From Eutreptiella sp. 'Long Island Sound 2002' (lineage: Eukaryota > Protista > Euglenida): DNA of 64,000 nucleotides. Positions 11,146 through 23,435 of this stretch are shown here, piece after piece (the stretch's first letter is position 1; each line of letters starts with the position of its first letter). The notes beneath the pieces are model-generated. The model did no database searches. It was not told the origin of the DNA and saw only the letters and a program-made list of their open reading frames with translations. Position numbers and translations under genes: made by a program. The stretch covers positions 145,266,001 through 145,330,000 of the forward strand of contig OZ038378.1 of the NCBI GenBank assembly GCA_964036045.1, written 5' to 3'.

Positions 11146-14100
11146 CCTCCCCCCCCGTGTCGAACCGCCTTACGCAGTGACCTAAGGCAACATTCGGGAC
11201 CGGTCTGGTTTGTGCTGCAATGCAGCAAGGCAAAAACAATGAACTGGTGGTTTAGTGGTGGCTATGACCATATGCCTGTGACACGGGGGTGTATGCGAGC
11301 TCAGTATCCATTGCTCATGGCCCCGTGTCAAACGAACACTTCCGTTTGGACCGTTTTTTTTGGGGGGGAGGGGCTAATGAATTAGGCACCGGGCTCGGGA
11401 ACGCAGTTTCAGACAAAAGGTTTGGGGGAATCAGGGGGTGTTGTGATGTATCTTGCAGTAATGGTGGGCAAATTTGTAAAGCAGTTTACTAGGGAATGGT
11501 GTCCCTCAACTACAGGACTTCTATTGCCCACCATGACTAATTCTTTGCTTGCACCTGGCCGGGTTGCTATACAAGCGGTACCACACTCGTGGGTTGTCCG
11601 TCCCAAAGGTGCCCAAGCCGGATTGGGCTGCCACTCCTGCCCGTGCCATGAACAAAAGGGGCCCCAAGCCCGGAGAGCATGTTCAACTTTTCCCATGAAG
11701 GGGTTCTCCTCTCAAAAGTGCTAATGGTGCATTGAATGGGCCGGGTATCTTGTGCCTAGGGATGTGTTACTGCCGTTTCACAATATTGTTGCGCGCACCG
11801 AATGGTGTGTCCAACGAACACTCCTGTTCGGACCGTATTTTTTAAGGACAAAATTTTTCGTTGGACACGAGGGCAGGGGGGGGGGGGGATGACCGGGGTA
11901 ATGGGGGCAGCCTGGAGATGGCAATCCAATGGATGGATAAACAAGCAAGGCCCGGTTTCTGACGTGGACCTCTGGGTGCGGCTGTTGCACAGGGTAGATT
12001 GGTAGATGACTCTTTGTTAACTCTACGTTGGGTCAAAGTGCCAAGTCATACTTAGTTACCATTCAGGGCAAATGTGTGGCTGATAAGTTGGTGGAACGGG
12101 GGCGCATGGGCTCGCCAATTTATCATACCCTGTCAGTGCCTGATCGGCCAGTCATTTCATCAAAGCTGCCGTGCACTCCCACGCCACGCAGAGCACCAAC
12201 GGTCCCCAAGTCAGTTGAGATCCAAGATTTGGATACCCCGCCAGGGCACACGCCCACACTCATGCCTCGACCCATCCCCCTTTCCCTCGCCTCGTCTACT
12301 AGAAGATGAACCGTCCCACGGAGCGCGGTGTTGTTGTTCCCATTGATGTTCCCATTGATGTTCCCATTGATGTTCCCGTTGATGTTCTATTGACGACCTT
12401 TGAAGACATCCTACTGCAATCCTTGTGGCGCTTGTGGTGGTACAAGTGGAGCGCCACCTCGCCCTGGGGTATACGAGAGCCAAGGAGGAAACACGCCGGA
12501 TCTTCATAGAATCCGCACGCAGTCTCCAAGAATCCGCATGGCTGGTACAGCGACACGCGCTGCACCACCATGCACATCGAAGGATCCTCCATCGACAACT
12601 GCGTGCGTCCTTGCAAGATAAGGAAAACTTGGCATACTCTGCATGGATGCGTACACGACTACAGAGTTGGAAGTCGGTACAAAGTGCGGAATGCCGCTGT
12701 GCGCTGGATAGGGCATACGTCTCGGCGTCATACTAGCCGGCGAGGCGGCCGTGTTCCACCCGTTCCAACTCCCTGACGTGCTGTATAGACAGGCGGAAGC
12801 GGGCGGCGGACACTTGGTGGACCAATCGTTACGGGTTAAAAAAAAGTTCATGGAATCAATCTTCAATGCCTTTTTCGTTGGCAATGATTGTCCGCCTTAA
12901 GGCCCACACTGGGCTGCGGCGTTATGTTCAAGGTATCCAAGCTATATGCACACTAGTTTGTTGAGTGGCTGCTTGTGCTGGGTAGGGCCAGGCAAGGGAA
13001 GTAGGCTAGCCAGGACACAGGGGGCAAAAGGGACAAAGATGTGTAAGGGAGAATGCCCGCGGGCTGCTACCCTGCGAAGATGTTGATTGGGGTGCTGCAG
13101 GGGAAGAGAAGGCGTTTGGAAGCACGGGGCTACGCCGTGCTCACTCTGTGTTGGTGTTCGTCTTTCTGCACCGGAGGCTTGGTGTTTGGGTGGGGGCGAA
13201 GTGGCAAGCTAGCGCTGGCAGCCAGGGGAGGGGGGGGGGTTGTCTGACCGCAGGTAGCCAGGGTTGGAGAACGTTGAGGATATCTTGTGTGCCGTATCTT
13301 GAAAAGGGACTAGATGCAAAGCAACACATATTTACAATGTATTGCACAAGGAAACTTGTCATAGGTGAGAAGACGAGGGCCAAACAGAGTCGTGGCGACC
13401 CCAGGTCGTTCTGCAGGTATACTCAAGGTAGGAATATAAGTTGCTCCTTCTTTGTCAACCTTGACCCCTGTCCTTGACAGGGGAAGAAGCTATGGTATGT
13501 TCTGAGGGTGTACTTAGATCCCGAGATTGACCCGTACTGTTGCAGAACTATTGCAGAACTATTGCAGCTTCGTCAAAAATAATATTTACAATGTATTGCA
13601 CAAGAGAAAGTTCTTCTACATGTACGCACAACAGTGTTCCTTCTTATATTATAGGCCTATCACCTTCGTTAGGATTAAGGAGGCAACATGTGCTCCCTAG
13701 GTATATTGTATCTCTGTCCTCTTTATCTTTTTGTACAACCATAAAGGTGCGCACTTAGGCTTAGGCCCATCAAGTTTTGGGGGGGGATGCATAAGTGAAA
13801 CAAGTGTGAAACTCACCAAACGTAAGAAGGTGGAATTGAAAATGCATGTGAAAAATCAGATATGGGGGTGAATACCCAAAGAGGGTGACCCGGAGCTGTG
13901 GTAGTGTCTCTAGACGCCTACCAGGTATATGTGTGCCTGGGTATAGATCCACGTCCATGCATGCACACATGCTAAGCGGAGTGATCGGAGGACACCAGGC
14001 CCTACTCCAAAACCTACCACTGTATATCCATGTGCTCACCTTGTGCTCCATGTGCTCCACCATACCATCTCTGTAAGCCCCCAACCTCTTTAAGGCCCCT

Positions 14101-14782
14101 TTAATACCTGCTGTATCAGGGTCCACAAGGTGGCAAGGCAAAATCACCTCGAAGAGGGTTGTTAGATCAAGCGCAGGTGCGTACGCCATACACCCCCCTT
14201 TTTGGGGGTCATTCGCGTATGATACCCCAAGGTATGGTACCGGATGTCCAACCCCTTGTAAAATCATCATTTTAGGAGAGAAAATGATCCCCCAATGAAT
14301 TTTTTGTTTTTGACCCCTTTAGCCCCCCGTACGTGTGTATTCTGGGTGCTGTGTGTGGATTTGGACCCAGGTCCGGGGCAACTTTTTTCTTGTACATGGA
14401 TCCCCTAACCCATGGCGGGGGTTCCGGGTCCGAACTCCAGGTACCCCCGGCCACCCCCCCCTATGGGCCCTTGCTAGTGAGGACTTCGCCGTTTTCACGC
14501 TGGATATGGCTGTTTAGTGACACCTGCAAGATTTCCAAAATTCGCCTTTTTCCGAAACCCTTCTGTCGCCCCTGGGATGGGTTTGGGTGATCATTTGGTG
14601 ACAATACGGGTACTTGAGCACCCATGGGGACCCATGTAGTGGCCACCAAGCCCATCTAGCCCGGGCCATGGGCCCCCCAAAAGCTTCAAATTTGCTGTTT
14701 GTAGGTGGTTCCATGGCCTTTTGGTGTGTACACAAACTGCAGTTTTCCACCCTCTGCGGGGCAAAAATGGAAAATTTTGCAA

Positions 14783-15975
14783 TGTATGGTAATCAGGGCT
14801 CTACCGGTGCTGACAGGGGACGGGCTCACTGGTGCGGAGACTTTCCTCGACGCAGGCATGCACTTGACACCGTCTTTGACCCCCGCAAAACAGTGGCGGC
14901 CGGTTACGGGGCAACCTACGTGGCGGCCAGCAATCTGCCGCAGACGGCCCAATCACTGATCAGGGGAACTGTTAGGGGAATCCTAGCGCAACGACAGGTC
15001 ACCGTCAAAGTGGCAGTGACGTGGGCCGCCCACGTGGACACCTGTGCCAGGGTGCTCGCCGTGTCCGCCCAACGCACACGGTTCTGGTTCCACCATAGTG
15101 TCCGCGTGACGCTCTACGCGGTGCACCGTGCGCGTCAGCGTATCCTGTTGGGCACACTGTCAAGCCTGCGCCGCCTAGCCACACGGGCCCTGCGGCACAT
15201 GGACGTTTTGGAGCTGGCACTGCGCTCTGCGCTCGCCCACACAGCCACAGTTGCCCGGGCCAACATTAGTCACCAACAGCTGTCCTACTAGAAGTTCCGC
15301 ACATGGGCTGCTATGGTGACCCATAAACTGGGGGACAGAGACAAGTGGCTGACCGCGGCCATGTGCGATGCCTTGCAACTCGCCCGCAGCAGCCAATAAA
15401 GGTCCATGCGAAAATGGCGGCAAGAGTCACTGGACGAGGTGCGGACCTGTATGAGCAGGTGGCTGATGGAACACCAAGCGTGGCTACAGGAAATTGCAGG
15501 GTGGTGGTACCTTGTTCGGGACAAGAAAAAGAGGCCTGCAAGTGCGGTCGACCTGTCGCCGGGTCGGCGTTTCAAGAGGTGTAGGGCGCACCACTCCGAC
15601 ACCCCGTACTACATCCAACTTACTGGGGACCTTGATCCGACAGACCCGTGGGAGATCCAGCTGACTGGATCTCCCAGGACCCACCGCACGTGACCTGTGG
15701 TCCGAAAACCAGCACACTGAGAACACCACACCTGACACAATGAACTGGGCTGACACTGCCCGTGGCAGAGCACATCTGCACACCACTGTCTGCCGACTTG
15801 TGGGATAACTTGTCCCCACAGGCGTCCTTGATGGAGGTGCATAACCTGCACGAAGCCTGTGGTTATAGTTACTGCGGCTAGACTGATGCTAGGCAACCTG
15901 CCTATGAGTGCCTCTCCTTTGTTCATAGCGAGACTTTGAACTTCGAACTTATGTGGCGCCGGAAGTAAAAAAAAA
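14783..15975 (+). mobile_element. 1.19-kb retro-insertion with 14-bp TSD and A9 tail, carrying an interrupted ~300-codon ORF of unknown function (duplicate 31099-32291)
   Basis: GGAAAATTTTGCAA at 14769-14782 and 15976-15989; A-run 15967-15975; removing the insert restores the neighbouring ~180-bp repeat unit. Confidence 0.85.
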
Positions 15976-15989
15976 GGAAAATTTTGCAA

Positions 15990-16350
15990 ATCATTTTTTT
16001 GATATTATGACCATCCAAAATGATCAAAAATCCTATGTAAAGCATGTTCTAGCCCCCTTTTATGTGTTTTTCACCCTATTTGGGTGTGGGGGGGGGGGGC
16101 TCCCATGGGGTCTAGGGCACAACCTGCTGATGCAGTTTTCCCACCTCAGCAGCTCAAAAATGGAAAGTTTCGAAACTGATTTTTTTGATGCTTTGACCAT
16201 CCAAAATGATCAAATATCCTATGTAAAGCATGTTTTAGCCCCTCTATGTGTTTTTCACACTATTTGGGCGTGGGGGGGGGGGGGGGGCTCCCAAGGGGTC
16301 TAGGGCACAACCTACTGATGCAGTTTTCCCCCCTCAGCAGCTCAAGAATG
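15990..16350. repeat. ~180-bp tandem repeat units (GACCATCCAAAATGATCAAA.ATCCTATGTAAAGCATGTT...)
   Basis: Two to three imperfect consecutive copies seen directly. Confidence 0.85.
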
Positions 16351-16451
16351 GTTGTCCCTCTCCCCTCTTCGAGGTGCCTTGCCGAAGGCAATAGAATTTA
16401 GGTACTCGTACGCCAAATAACCAAATCGTTGCACTTGACACACACCATGCT

Positions 16452-16862
16452 TGCACTGGGGTGGCGGGTTTTCAATTGGGGGGAGGAGGGGTCAATAGAG
16501 CCCCCAAAAACTGTGGGGAGGGTTTGGGAAAAGGTCTCAATTGACAGGACCATTAATTAGTAATTGTGAAGTCTGGCACCGAAGGCGCGGACAATTTTTT
16601 TGACCATTGAAAATGGTCAATTGTTTCCCCCGCCAAATACATGGCAAATGATGACTTTTCTGAACCCCCTCGATGCGCTGATTCCAAAAATCCATTTCGA
16701 TTTTTCTGCCGAATTTCGGGGCTGGGCCACCTCTGGGGGGGGGGGGTCAGTCTCAGTAGGATTTTTGGGGGGCGCGTCAATTGAGCCCTTTTGGGGGGGG
16801 GTCTAGCGAGGGGGCTCTATTGACCCCCTCCCCCCCCCAGTTGAGCCCACCCACCCCTGCAC
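16452..16862. mobile_element. MITE-like element with long imperfect TIRs
   Basis: GGGGTCAATAGAGCCCCC vs GGGGGCTCTATTGACCCC, extending imperfectly to TGCA.TGGGGTGG / CCACCCCTGCA; no TSD found. Confidence 0.6.
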
Positions 16863-17252
16863 TGAGGCTTGGGGTTGTTTCCACAATGCTCTGCCATGGC
16901 ACTCCAGGTCACAGGGGAAGGTGGGGAAAGAGGAGCAGTGTTGCACGAACATGACCCCCTTCTCGCAAACGTCTCCCATTCAGTGCCCCTTTCCGCATCA
17001 TCGTCACGTGACGTTTTGCCACATCTGCATGTCGTTGACGGCCGGAGGTGTTGGTGTGATCTGTGACCAGTTCTGAGGTTGCCCGGCAAACCAAGCCTGA
17101 CTCACGCGTTTGTCTGTTGGCAGGGGTGGCGCATGCCATTGTGTTGCCTTTGCACGTGTTCCCAGTAGACAAGCACATTACACACGGTTTTGCAGTCGCC
17201 CCCCCTTCTCTGGACCAAGGGATCTCACACAATGTTTTGTTTTTCCCGGAAG

Positions 17253-20200
17253 ACCCCCGAGCAGAAGCAGAAGGCCGTCGTGCTCCAGAAACTGAACAAG
17301 ATCGGGGGAGTACATGCGGTTCAGCAGCTGCTCGAGGAGTACAAGACGCTGACCGGGACCAACGCTGCGGCCTCAACCGCACCTCCAACCGCCGCCCAAG
17401 CTCTGGTGGCCCAACTGACAGCAACGGCCCCTCCCGCCGATTGCGGTGCCCCCTCCCAGAGCAATGTGGATTTCACTGGGTGCAGCCACTCGGCGTCTGG
17501 CACCTGCACCCCAAAGTGTGTGCCAGGCTTTGTGGGCAACCCGACGGCCACGTGTGCCAGCAACGGGAAGTGGCTGTACGGGGGCGCGTGTGATGCCATG
17601 AGCACCGTAGCGCCGACTGCTGCCCCGGATTGCGGGGAGCCAAAGCAAGACAACGTTGATTTCAGCAAATGCACCGATCACACGAGCACCGGGACATGCA
17701 ACCCTGAGGTGTGCCAGCTCTGGATGCAGTGGCATATGGGACATTGCCGGCTGGAGTCGTGGAGGATGTGAAGGAGGGGGTCGAGCAAGTAGTGCACGAC
17801 ACATTTGTCATGAAAACGGACCTTGTGCGGAAGCCATGGTGCCCGCCAAAGTGTTGGGGGGGGAGGTGCCTGCACCGCGCGCGCACCGAGCAAAACTTGT
17901 TGTTTTCATGGTTTAATGTGCGGGGATGTGATTTGAAATTGTAATGTTTTGAGTTGTGTATATGTGGCTTGCTTGTGTGTTTCTGTGAGGGCAGTATTCG
18001 GGCGGCACGTAGCCTTTGTAAACTGCATGCCCAGCAGTCTGCAATTTTTCTTGTCGCCCTATCCGTAAAGACCCGAAGTTGGACAAGGGCATGGTCAGTA
18101 GCCCCTTAGAAAGTCGCCACAGTACATTTAGGGGTTTAATGTCGCGGTGCACAATGTCCATAACTGTGGAGGTGTCGGAGTGCACTGCCAACTAGCCTCG
18201 GAATCATTTTTTTCCTCTGAATGTCTTGACGGGCAGGGGATGCATACGTTCCACCGAGTAAAATCAGGGAAAGTGGCCAAAAAGCCTTGAACCGTCCGCG
18301 CACTGTGCGTGCACCGTGCACCAACGTCCCCCTGCTGTGCAGTTTGTGTGGTGAGCTTCAAGGGCAAGTGGTCAAAACGCACGCTGCCCCGACCTCGAGG
18401 CCAGGCGTGTGTGTGGCGTGTGTGTGACGGGTGATGCCTGATGCTTTGTGCTGGTCCGTCGCTGGAGTGCTGCGGTTGCCACAAATGCCCAGGCCCTGAG
18501 GGTACGTTTGCCCGGCGCGCCCGGCATCCAAATGAATGTTCCGGCCATCTATCACAATGCTTTACCCCAAACATCACTCCCTCCTGTAGCCCAGGAACCC
18601 TAAGCACAAGCACATTGTATGACTGTTGGCATGACTGTTGCCATTTTTTCGCCCAACAAATGGGACGGTCACACGCACCCGACCCTTGTAGGCCCCGTCA
18701 TGGCCACCCACCTCAAAATCAAAGAATCCCCTTCTTGTGCGTGACGGACCACTCAAGTGGCCACACTGAAGAGTGGGAGTCCTTATCCCCAACTCGAGGG
18801 GCCACACCAAAGCGTGGGAAAACTTTGCCCGGCGTGCCCGGCTAACATACTCTTCCTGGTCTGGACCTGGAGATCGGTCTGCCTTGATTCTTTTGTTGAA
18901 TGTTGGGCCAGACCTGAGGGTCCAGACATTGCCCCATGAGGCCTGGTGCTCGACCGAGTACATGTGAGAATTTCAAACATCGCTGGCCATCAGCCCACCA
19001 CCCGGGTCTTCTATCTCCCAAGGCCGCGTGTCCCTTGCTGCCCTCGAGTGCTGCCCTTGAGTGCCTTGACTTTGTCCCACAAGTTGCTCGTTTGTCTTCC
19101 CTGGTACCCCCCCCCTTCCATTTGTATAAGCCACGCCCCTGTCCAAGCTACAGTAGGCGTAGGGACCGTAATAATTTTGTGCGTAATTTAATTACGTACG
19201 AAATGTAGTGCGGCCACATAAGACGTGGGTTTGTCGTCACATTTGCCAATTTCAGCGCAGGTGGCCCCCTGGTGCACCAGGACTTTTTTCTTTTTAGTCT
19301 GATGCATCCCATAGGTCCTGAATTGCCAAGTTCAGCACATGTGGCGTGCGCACGTGTGCCGGCAGTTGTATGTGTTGTGCGCAAGCCACGCCCTTGTCCA
19401 AGCTACAGTGGGCGCAGGGACCATAATAATTGTGTACATTGGTGTACCTTATACAAAGGGGGGGGGGGTACATTGGTGTACCTTATACAAAGGGGGGGGG
19501 GTACATTGGTGTACCTTATACAAAGGGGGGGGGGGGGGTACTCTATGGCACCCCGCATCCAATTCCCTATTCCCCTTCCCTCACGGTGCGCCAGTCCCCT
19601 TCCCCTTCCCACACACACTCCGCCAGTGCGCCAGCGGCTTCAAAGGCAGCCCCACCGCCGACTGCAAGGCCAACGGCCAGTGGGAGTACAAGGGCTCGTG
19701 CGCCAAGATCGATTGCGGGGCCCCAGGCCAAGCGCATGTGGACTACACCGGCTGCAGCACCGGGGCCGGCAAGTGCCAGGGCAAGTGCGAGGCCGGCTAC
19801 ACCGGCACCCCCGCCGCGACGTGCGGCGCGGCCGGCTGGGCCTACACCGGGGCCTGCCAGCCCAACCTGTGCGCCCCCAGCCAAGTCCCGCACTCGGACT
19901 TCTCCGCGGAGGGGTCCCTCCACGGCACCACGGGGAAGAGCTTTACCGTGACCTGCAACCAGGTGCCCGTTTGTTGATTGTCGGGAATGGTGGTCTCCGG
20001 GTGGGGGTTCTCACTGGACGCAAACGAAGCATGTGTCTATGTTCCAACAACGAAAAGCTCTTCTATTGCCGTACTCTACGACTATTTCCATGCTCTGATT
20101 GAAGATCCGCCGCAAAAACTTTGAGGCAACGTAGGCCCCCTCGCACTCCCAACCCCGCGAAGGGAAAAGTGTCCATGGAACTGTATTGATGCGTTCAAGC

Positions 20201-23200
20201 TCCAAAGACAAGACCCGGCGTGTTGATGAACAGATGAACAAGCAATGAATGGAATGGCGCATCGTCTCATTTGTTCAGGCGGACGGAAGGGATTGTCTGC
20301 AATGGAGAGTGTTGCGTGCATGCAAATGTGGTTTGCAGTGTCATTCCTTTTACCGGTGCCGGCCATGTCATTGCCGTCGCATCCAGGGCTACCACGGCAG
20401 CGGCGTGGCCGTCTGCCAGGCCGACGGCACCTTCAGCACCCCGAAGTGCGAGGCCACGGAGTGCGAGCCCTCGCAGGTCCCCAACTCCGACAAGGAGGCG
20501 GCGGGCTCCATCAAGGGCAAGGCCGGGGAGAAGGTGTACGTCACCTGCAAGCCCCAGTTCGCGGGCCGCGGGTGGACGGTGTGCCAGCCAAACGGGAAGT
20601 TCAGCCCCGTGATGTGCTCGGAGGTGCCCCACTACAGCCCCGTTGGGTGCTACAAGGACTCCACCGACCGCACGATGGAGCTGTACAGCAAGAACATGGT
20701 GTTCCAGTCCGTGGACGAGTGCGCCGCGGTGGCCTACGGCGCCGGGTACCGTAACTTCGCCCTGCAGGCCCCTGGGCAGTGCTTCGTCAGCAACAGCCAG
20801 GTACCCCCTCCCCAGGGATGATTAGAAGGGAAGGGGGCCTTAGAGGCGGCCCCAGAGGCGGTTAGACGGGCGGTTGGAGGAGGTTGTCAAAGCGGTTGGG
20901 GGCGGTTACTGTCAGTTACAAATGCCATTGAGGCTGGCACTTGGCGTCAGCGGGACAGTGGCTGGGCGTGGGCTGGGCGCCCTGGAGGGGGGGGGGGGTA
21001 CCTGCCCCCCTTCCAACACATCCCTGCCCCTCGCCCCCTTGTCTAAGCTACGGCCTGTAGTGGAGCTGTGTTGGCGCCTTTGGCGCCGTTTGCTAATCAA
21101 GAGGACTCTCTGACAGCCTAAAGGCCAGCCGACCGGTCCCGTGCCGGAACAGCGCAATGAACACTGAGGCTCGTGACGGCGCTCCGCCGAATGACCGGGC
21201 GATATGTGGGCGATCTGTGGCGGCGCCTCTGGTGCCGTATTCATGACACCGAACTGTGTGAGATCCCGGAGTGAGTCCGGAGGGTGACGCCCATCGTCGG
21301 TCCATGGCCAAGCTACGGCCTCGTCCAAGCCACAGCGGGCGTAGGGACCGTATTCATTCCGTACCCAATTGAATTCCGTACAAAATGTAGTGCAACCGCA
21401 TAAGACATGGCTTTGGTGACAAATCTGCCGATTACCTGGGGTCATGGACACGTTTGTTGTGGGTGTTTGCCCACTTGAACCCACGGAGCTCTGAGTTTGG
21501 GGATATTTGTGCATTATCTTCCCCTTTTCTTGGCGGTGGCGTGTGTGTCGGTAGTCGTATGTGTCGCGTGCAAGCCAAGGCCTTGTCCAAGCTCCAGTAG
21601 GCCAATTCTGATGTAGTATCCCGCTGTGAAGCGTTGGGGAGCCCCTAGATGGCATGGGTTATGTAGCCACGAGTCCCACATTTGGGCCCTTTGTGATTTG
21701 CTCCCCCACCCTGAAGCGTTGGGCACTCCCCACACGCCAGGTGTTATGTAGCCACGAGGCTCACAACGTGGCCTAGGGACCGTATTGATTTGGGACTGTT
21801 GCGTCGCTTGGACAAAGGGGGGGGGGTATATGTGGAGGCGGGGCCGCCCCGGTCCCCTCCGGAGGTACGGGCACTCGGTCTCCGCCCGGTGCAGGACGGC
21901 GGTGCTCGCCACGCGTTTGGCTCCGCTGCACAAATGAGCTAAGGGTTCACTCAGAGACCGGGCGGTTTCGCCGGATTTGAGTGCCTCGGTCCACGCGGCG
22001 CAAATCAGAGGCCGGGCGCGTGCCTCGTTTGCGCCAACCCCCCCCCCCCCCCTTCCCCCTGCACCTCGTCAATCCCCCCCCCCTTCCCCCTGCACCTCGT
22101 CAATCCCCCCCCCTTCCCCCTGCACCTCGTCAATCCCCCCCCCTTCCCCCTGCACCTCGTCAATCCCCCCCCCTTCCCCCTGCACCTCGTCAATCCCCCC
22201 CCCCCCCCCGCGCCTCGTCAGAGCCAAACCCCCCAAAATGTGCAGACCCCCCCCCCCGCCCGTCACCTCAGCTCCGGGCAGTCGTCTGTGGTCCGAGTCC
22301 CCTTTGCACAGCAGCCACAGCCCCCGGGCGATCAAAGTCATGAGGGGGGGCTCAAGGCACTGCGGCGCATTCGAAAATGCTCCGGAACTGAAGGTCTTCT
22401 TCGGAAAGAGGCCCGTCTGTAAATGCGGTTTGGAACACCCTCGTTTGATTGCAGGCCCCGGTCCCTCGTAGGCCCGGTGGCGGGGGCTTCTGTCAGGGGC
22501 CTACGGCAGGGCTGTCCTTAGGAAGCCCGATTTCTTTTGTATTAAGGACGGCCCCCAGGGACCGCCAACCACCAACTGCCAACCGCCGACTGCCAACCGC
22601 CGACTGCCAACCGCCAACCGCCAACCGCCAACCGCCGACTGCCATCCGCCAACCGCCAACCGCCAACCGCCGACTGCCATCCGCCAACCGCCGACCGCCA
22701 ACCGCCAACCGCCGACTGCCAACCGCCAACCGCCGACCGCCGAAGTTGAGAAGCAGAGAGCGTCCCCGTGAACGTTCGTGTCTGTGGCCGTTACAAAAGG
22801 TCTCCCCCCCGCCCCCCCCCCCCCCTGAAGCACAGCCCCGGCCTATGCCCAGGGGCGGCCCCGATGGCATCGGGCCGAGCCCCGCGGCCGCGCCCCTCGT
22901 GCCCCAGGAGTACCTCCGGGACGGGGAGTCCCCGAAGTGCGGCGACAACAAGGACGACCGCGGGCAGAACATGGGCGGGGCCTGGGCCAGCGCGGTGTAC
23001 ACCTTCGGGATGCCGGGCTACCAGGACGCCTCCGCGGACGCTCACCTCGGCTACTACGCCGACGACAACAAGTACCCCACGATCCAAGAGGCCTCCGACG
23101 CGTGCACGGCCCTGGGCGCGCGGTGCGCGGGCGTCGTGCAGGAGGCCGACGTGTTCACCGTCCGCGCCGGCACGACGCCCGCGCCCTCCGCCACGGGGCA

Positions 23201-23435
23201 GACGTCGTGGCTGAAGGGGTGCGGCGACGGGTACTGCGAGACGCGGGCCAACGCGGTGCTGCCGGGCTTCGCGGGGGGGGACCACACGGCGTACCCCACG
23301 AAGGCGGCGGCGGAGGAGGCCTGCAACAAGGCCGGCACTTTGTGCGGGGGGGTGACGCGGGAGAAGCGCGTCTACACCTGCCGCCAGGCGGAGCTCCCCA
23401 AGCGCGAGGGCGAGATCACGTTTCTGAAGAAGTGA
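17253..23435 (+). CDS. Multi-exon extracellular-type protein: Sushi/CCP-like Cys repeats + WSC + two PAN/apple-like repeats, copy 1; 5' end not located
   Basis: Exons 17253-17708, 19627-19962, 20387-20800, 22908-23435 join in frame via GT...AG phase-0 introns (TCNPE|CASGF, TCNQ|GYHG, VSNSQ|EYLR); WSC motif GCYKD...R...C...FALQ..QCF...C...GGAWASAVY; TGA 23433-23435; 577 aa visible. Confidence 0.88.
17940..18330 (-). pseudogene. Protein kinase catalytic-domain fragment, antisense in intron (duplicate ~34265-34655)
   Basis: LVGSALRHLHS, +1 frameshift near 18162, MDIVHRDIKPLNVL...SNFG (degenerate DFG)...GYVPPEY. Confidence 0.75.
19434..19538. repeat. Minisatellite GTACATTGGTGTACCTTATACAAA(G)n, 3 copies (7 copies at 35760-35993)
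   Basis: Counted directly in both duplication units. Confidence 0.95.
20813..21026. mobile_element. hAT-type MITE (duplicate 37267-37481)
   Basis: CAGGGATG...CATCCCTG termini; 8-bp flanks CCCCTCCC / CCCCTCGC (7/8). Confidence 0.8.
22058..22200. repeat. ~30-bp C-rich minisatellite CCTTCCCCCTGCACCTCGTCAAT(C)n x4 (duplicate ~38505-38660)
   Basis: Seen directly. Confidence 0.95.
22562..22742. repeat. (CCGCCAA)n-type heptamer array inside a dispersed repeat; also ~39015-39195 and ~49635-49808
   Basis: All copies are preceded by TTAAGGAC.GCCCC.AGGGACC.CCAACC. Confidence 0.9.

Larger units (their letters stand above)
14145..16399 (+). mobile_element. Non-autonomous Helitron2/Helentron-like element with nested insertions (duplicate 30461-32720)
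   Basis: 5' T-CACCTCGAAGAGGG (14145-14158); 3' CCCTCTTCGAGGTG (16363-16376), then hairpin TTGCC-GAA-GGCAA and ATAGAATTT; shared ~170-bp 5' core. Confidence 0.55.

Noticed and set aside
12306-12900. Host gene in the VPID-repeat ORFs (also 28622-29200)
   Set aside because: Short frames built partly on a 12-bp tandem repeat; no motif or splice-consistent model.
21977-22833. Pro-rich or repetitive ORFs (also 2252-2861, 19272-19620, 49126-49989)
   Set aside because: They are translations of minisatellites and poly-C/G tracts.
17709-22907. Euglenid nonconventional introns
   Set aside because: All three resolved introns have canonical GT...AG ends giving in-frame joins; only the 5' boundary of the first exon is uncertain.
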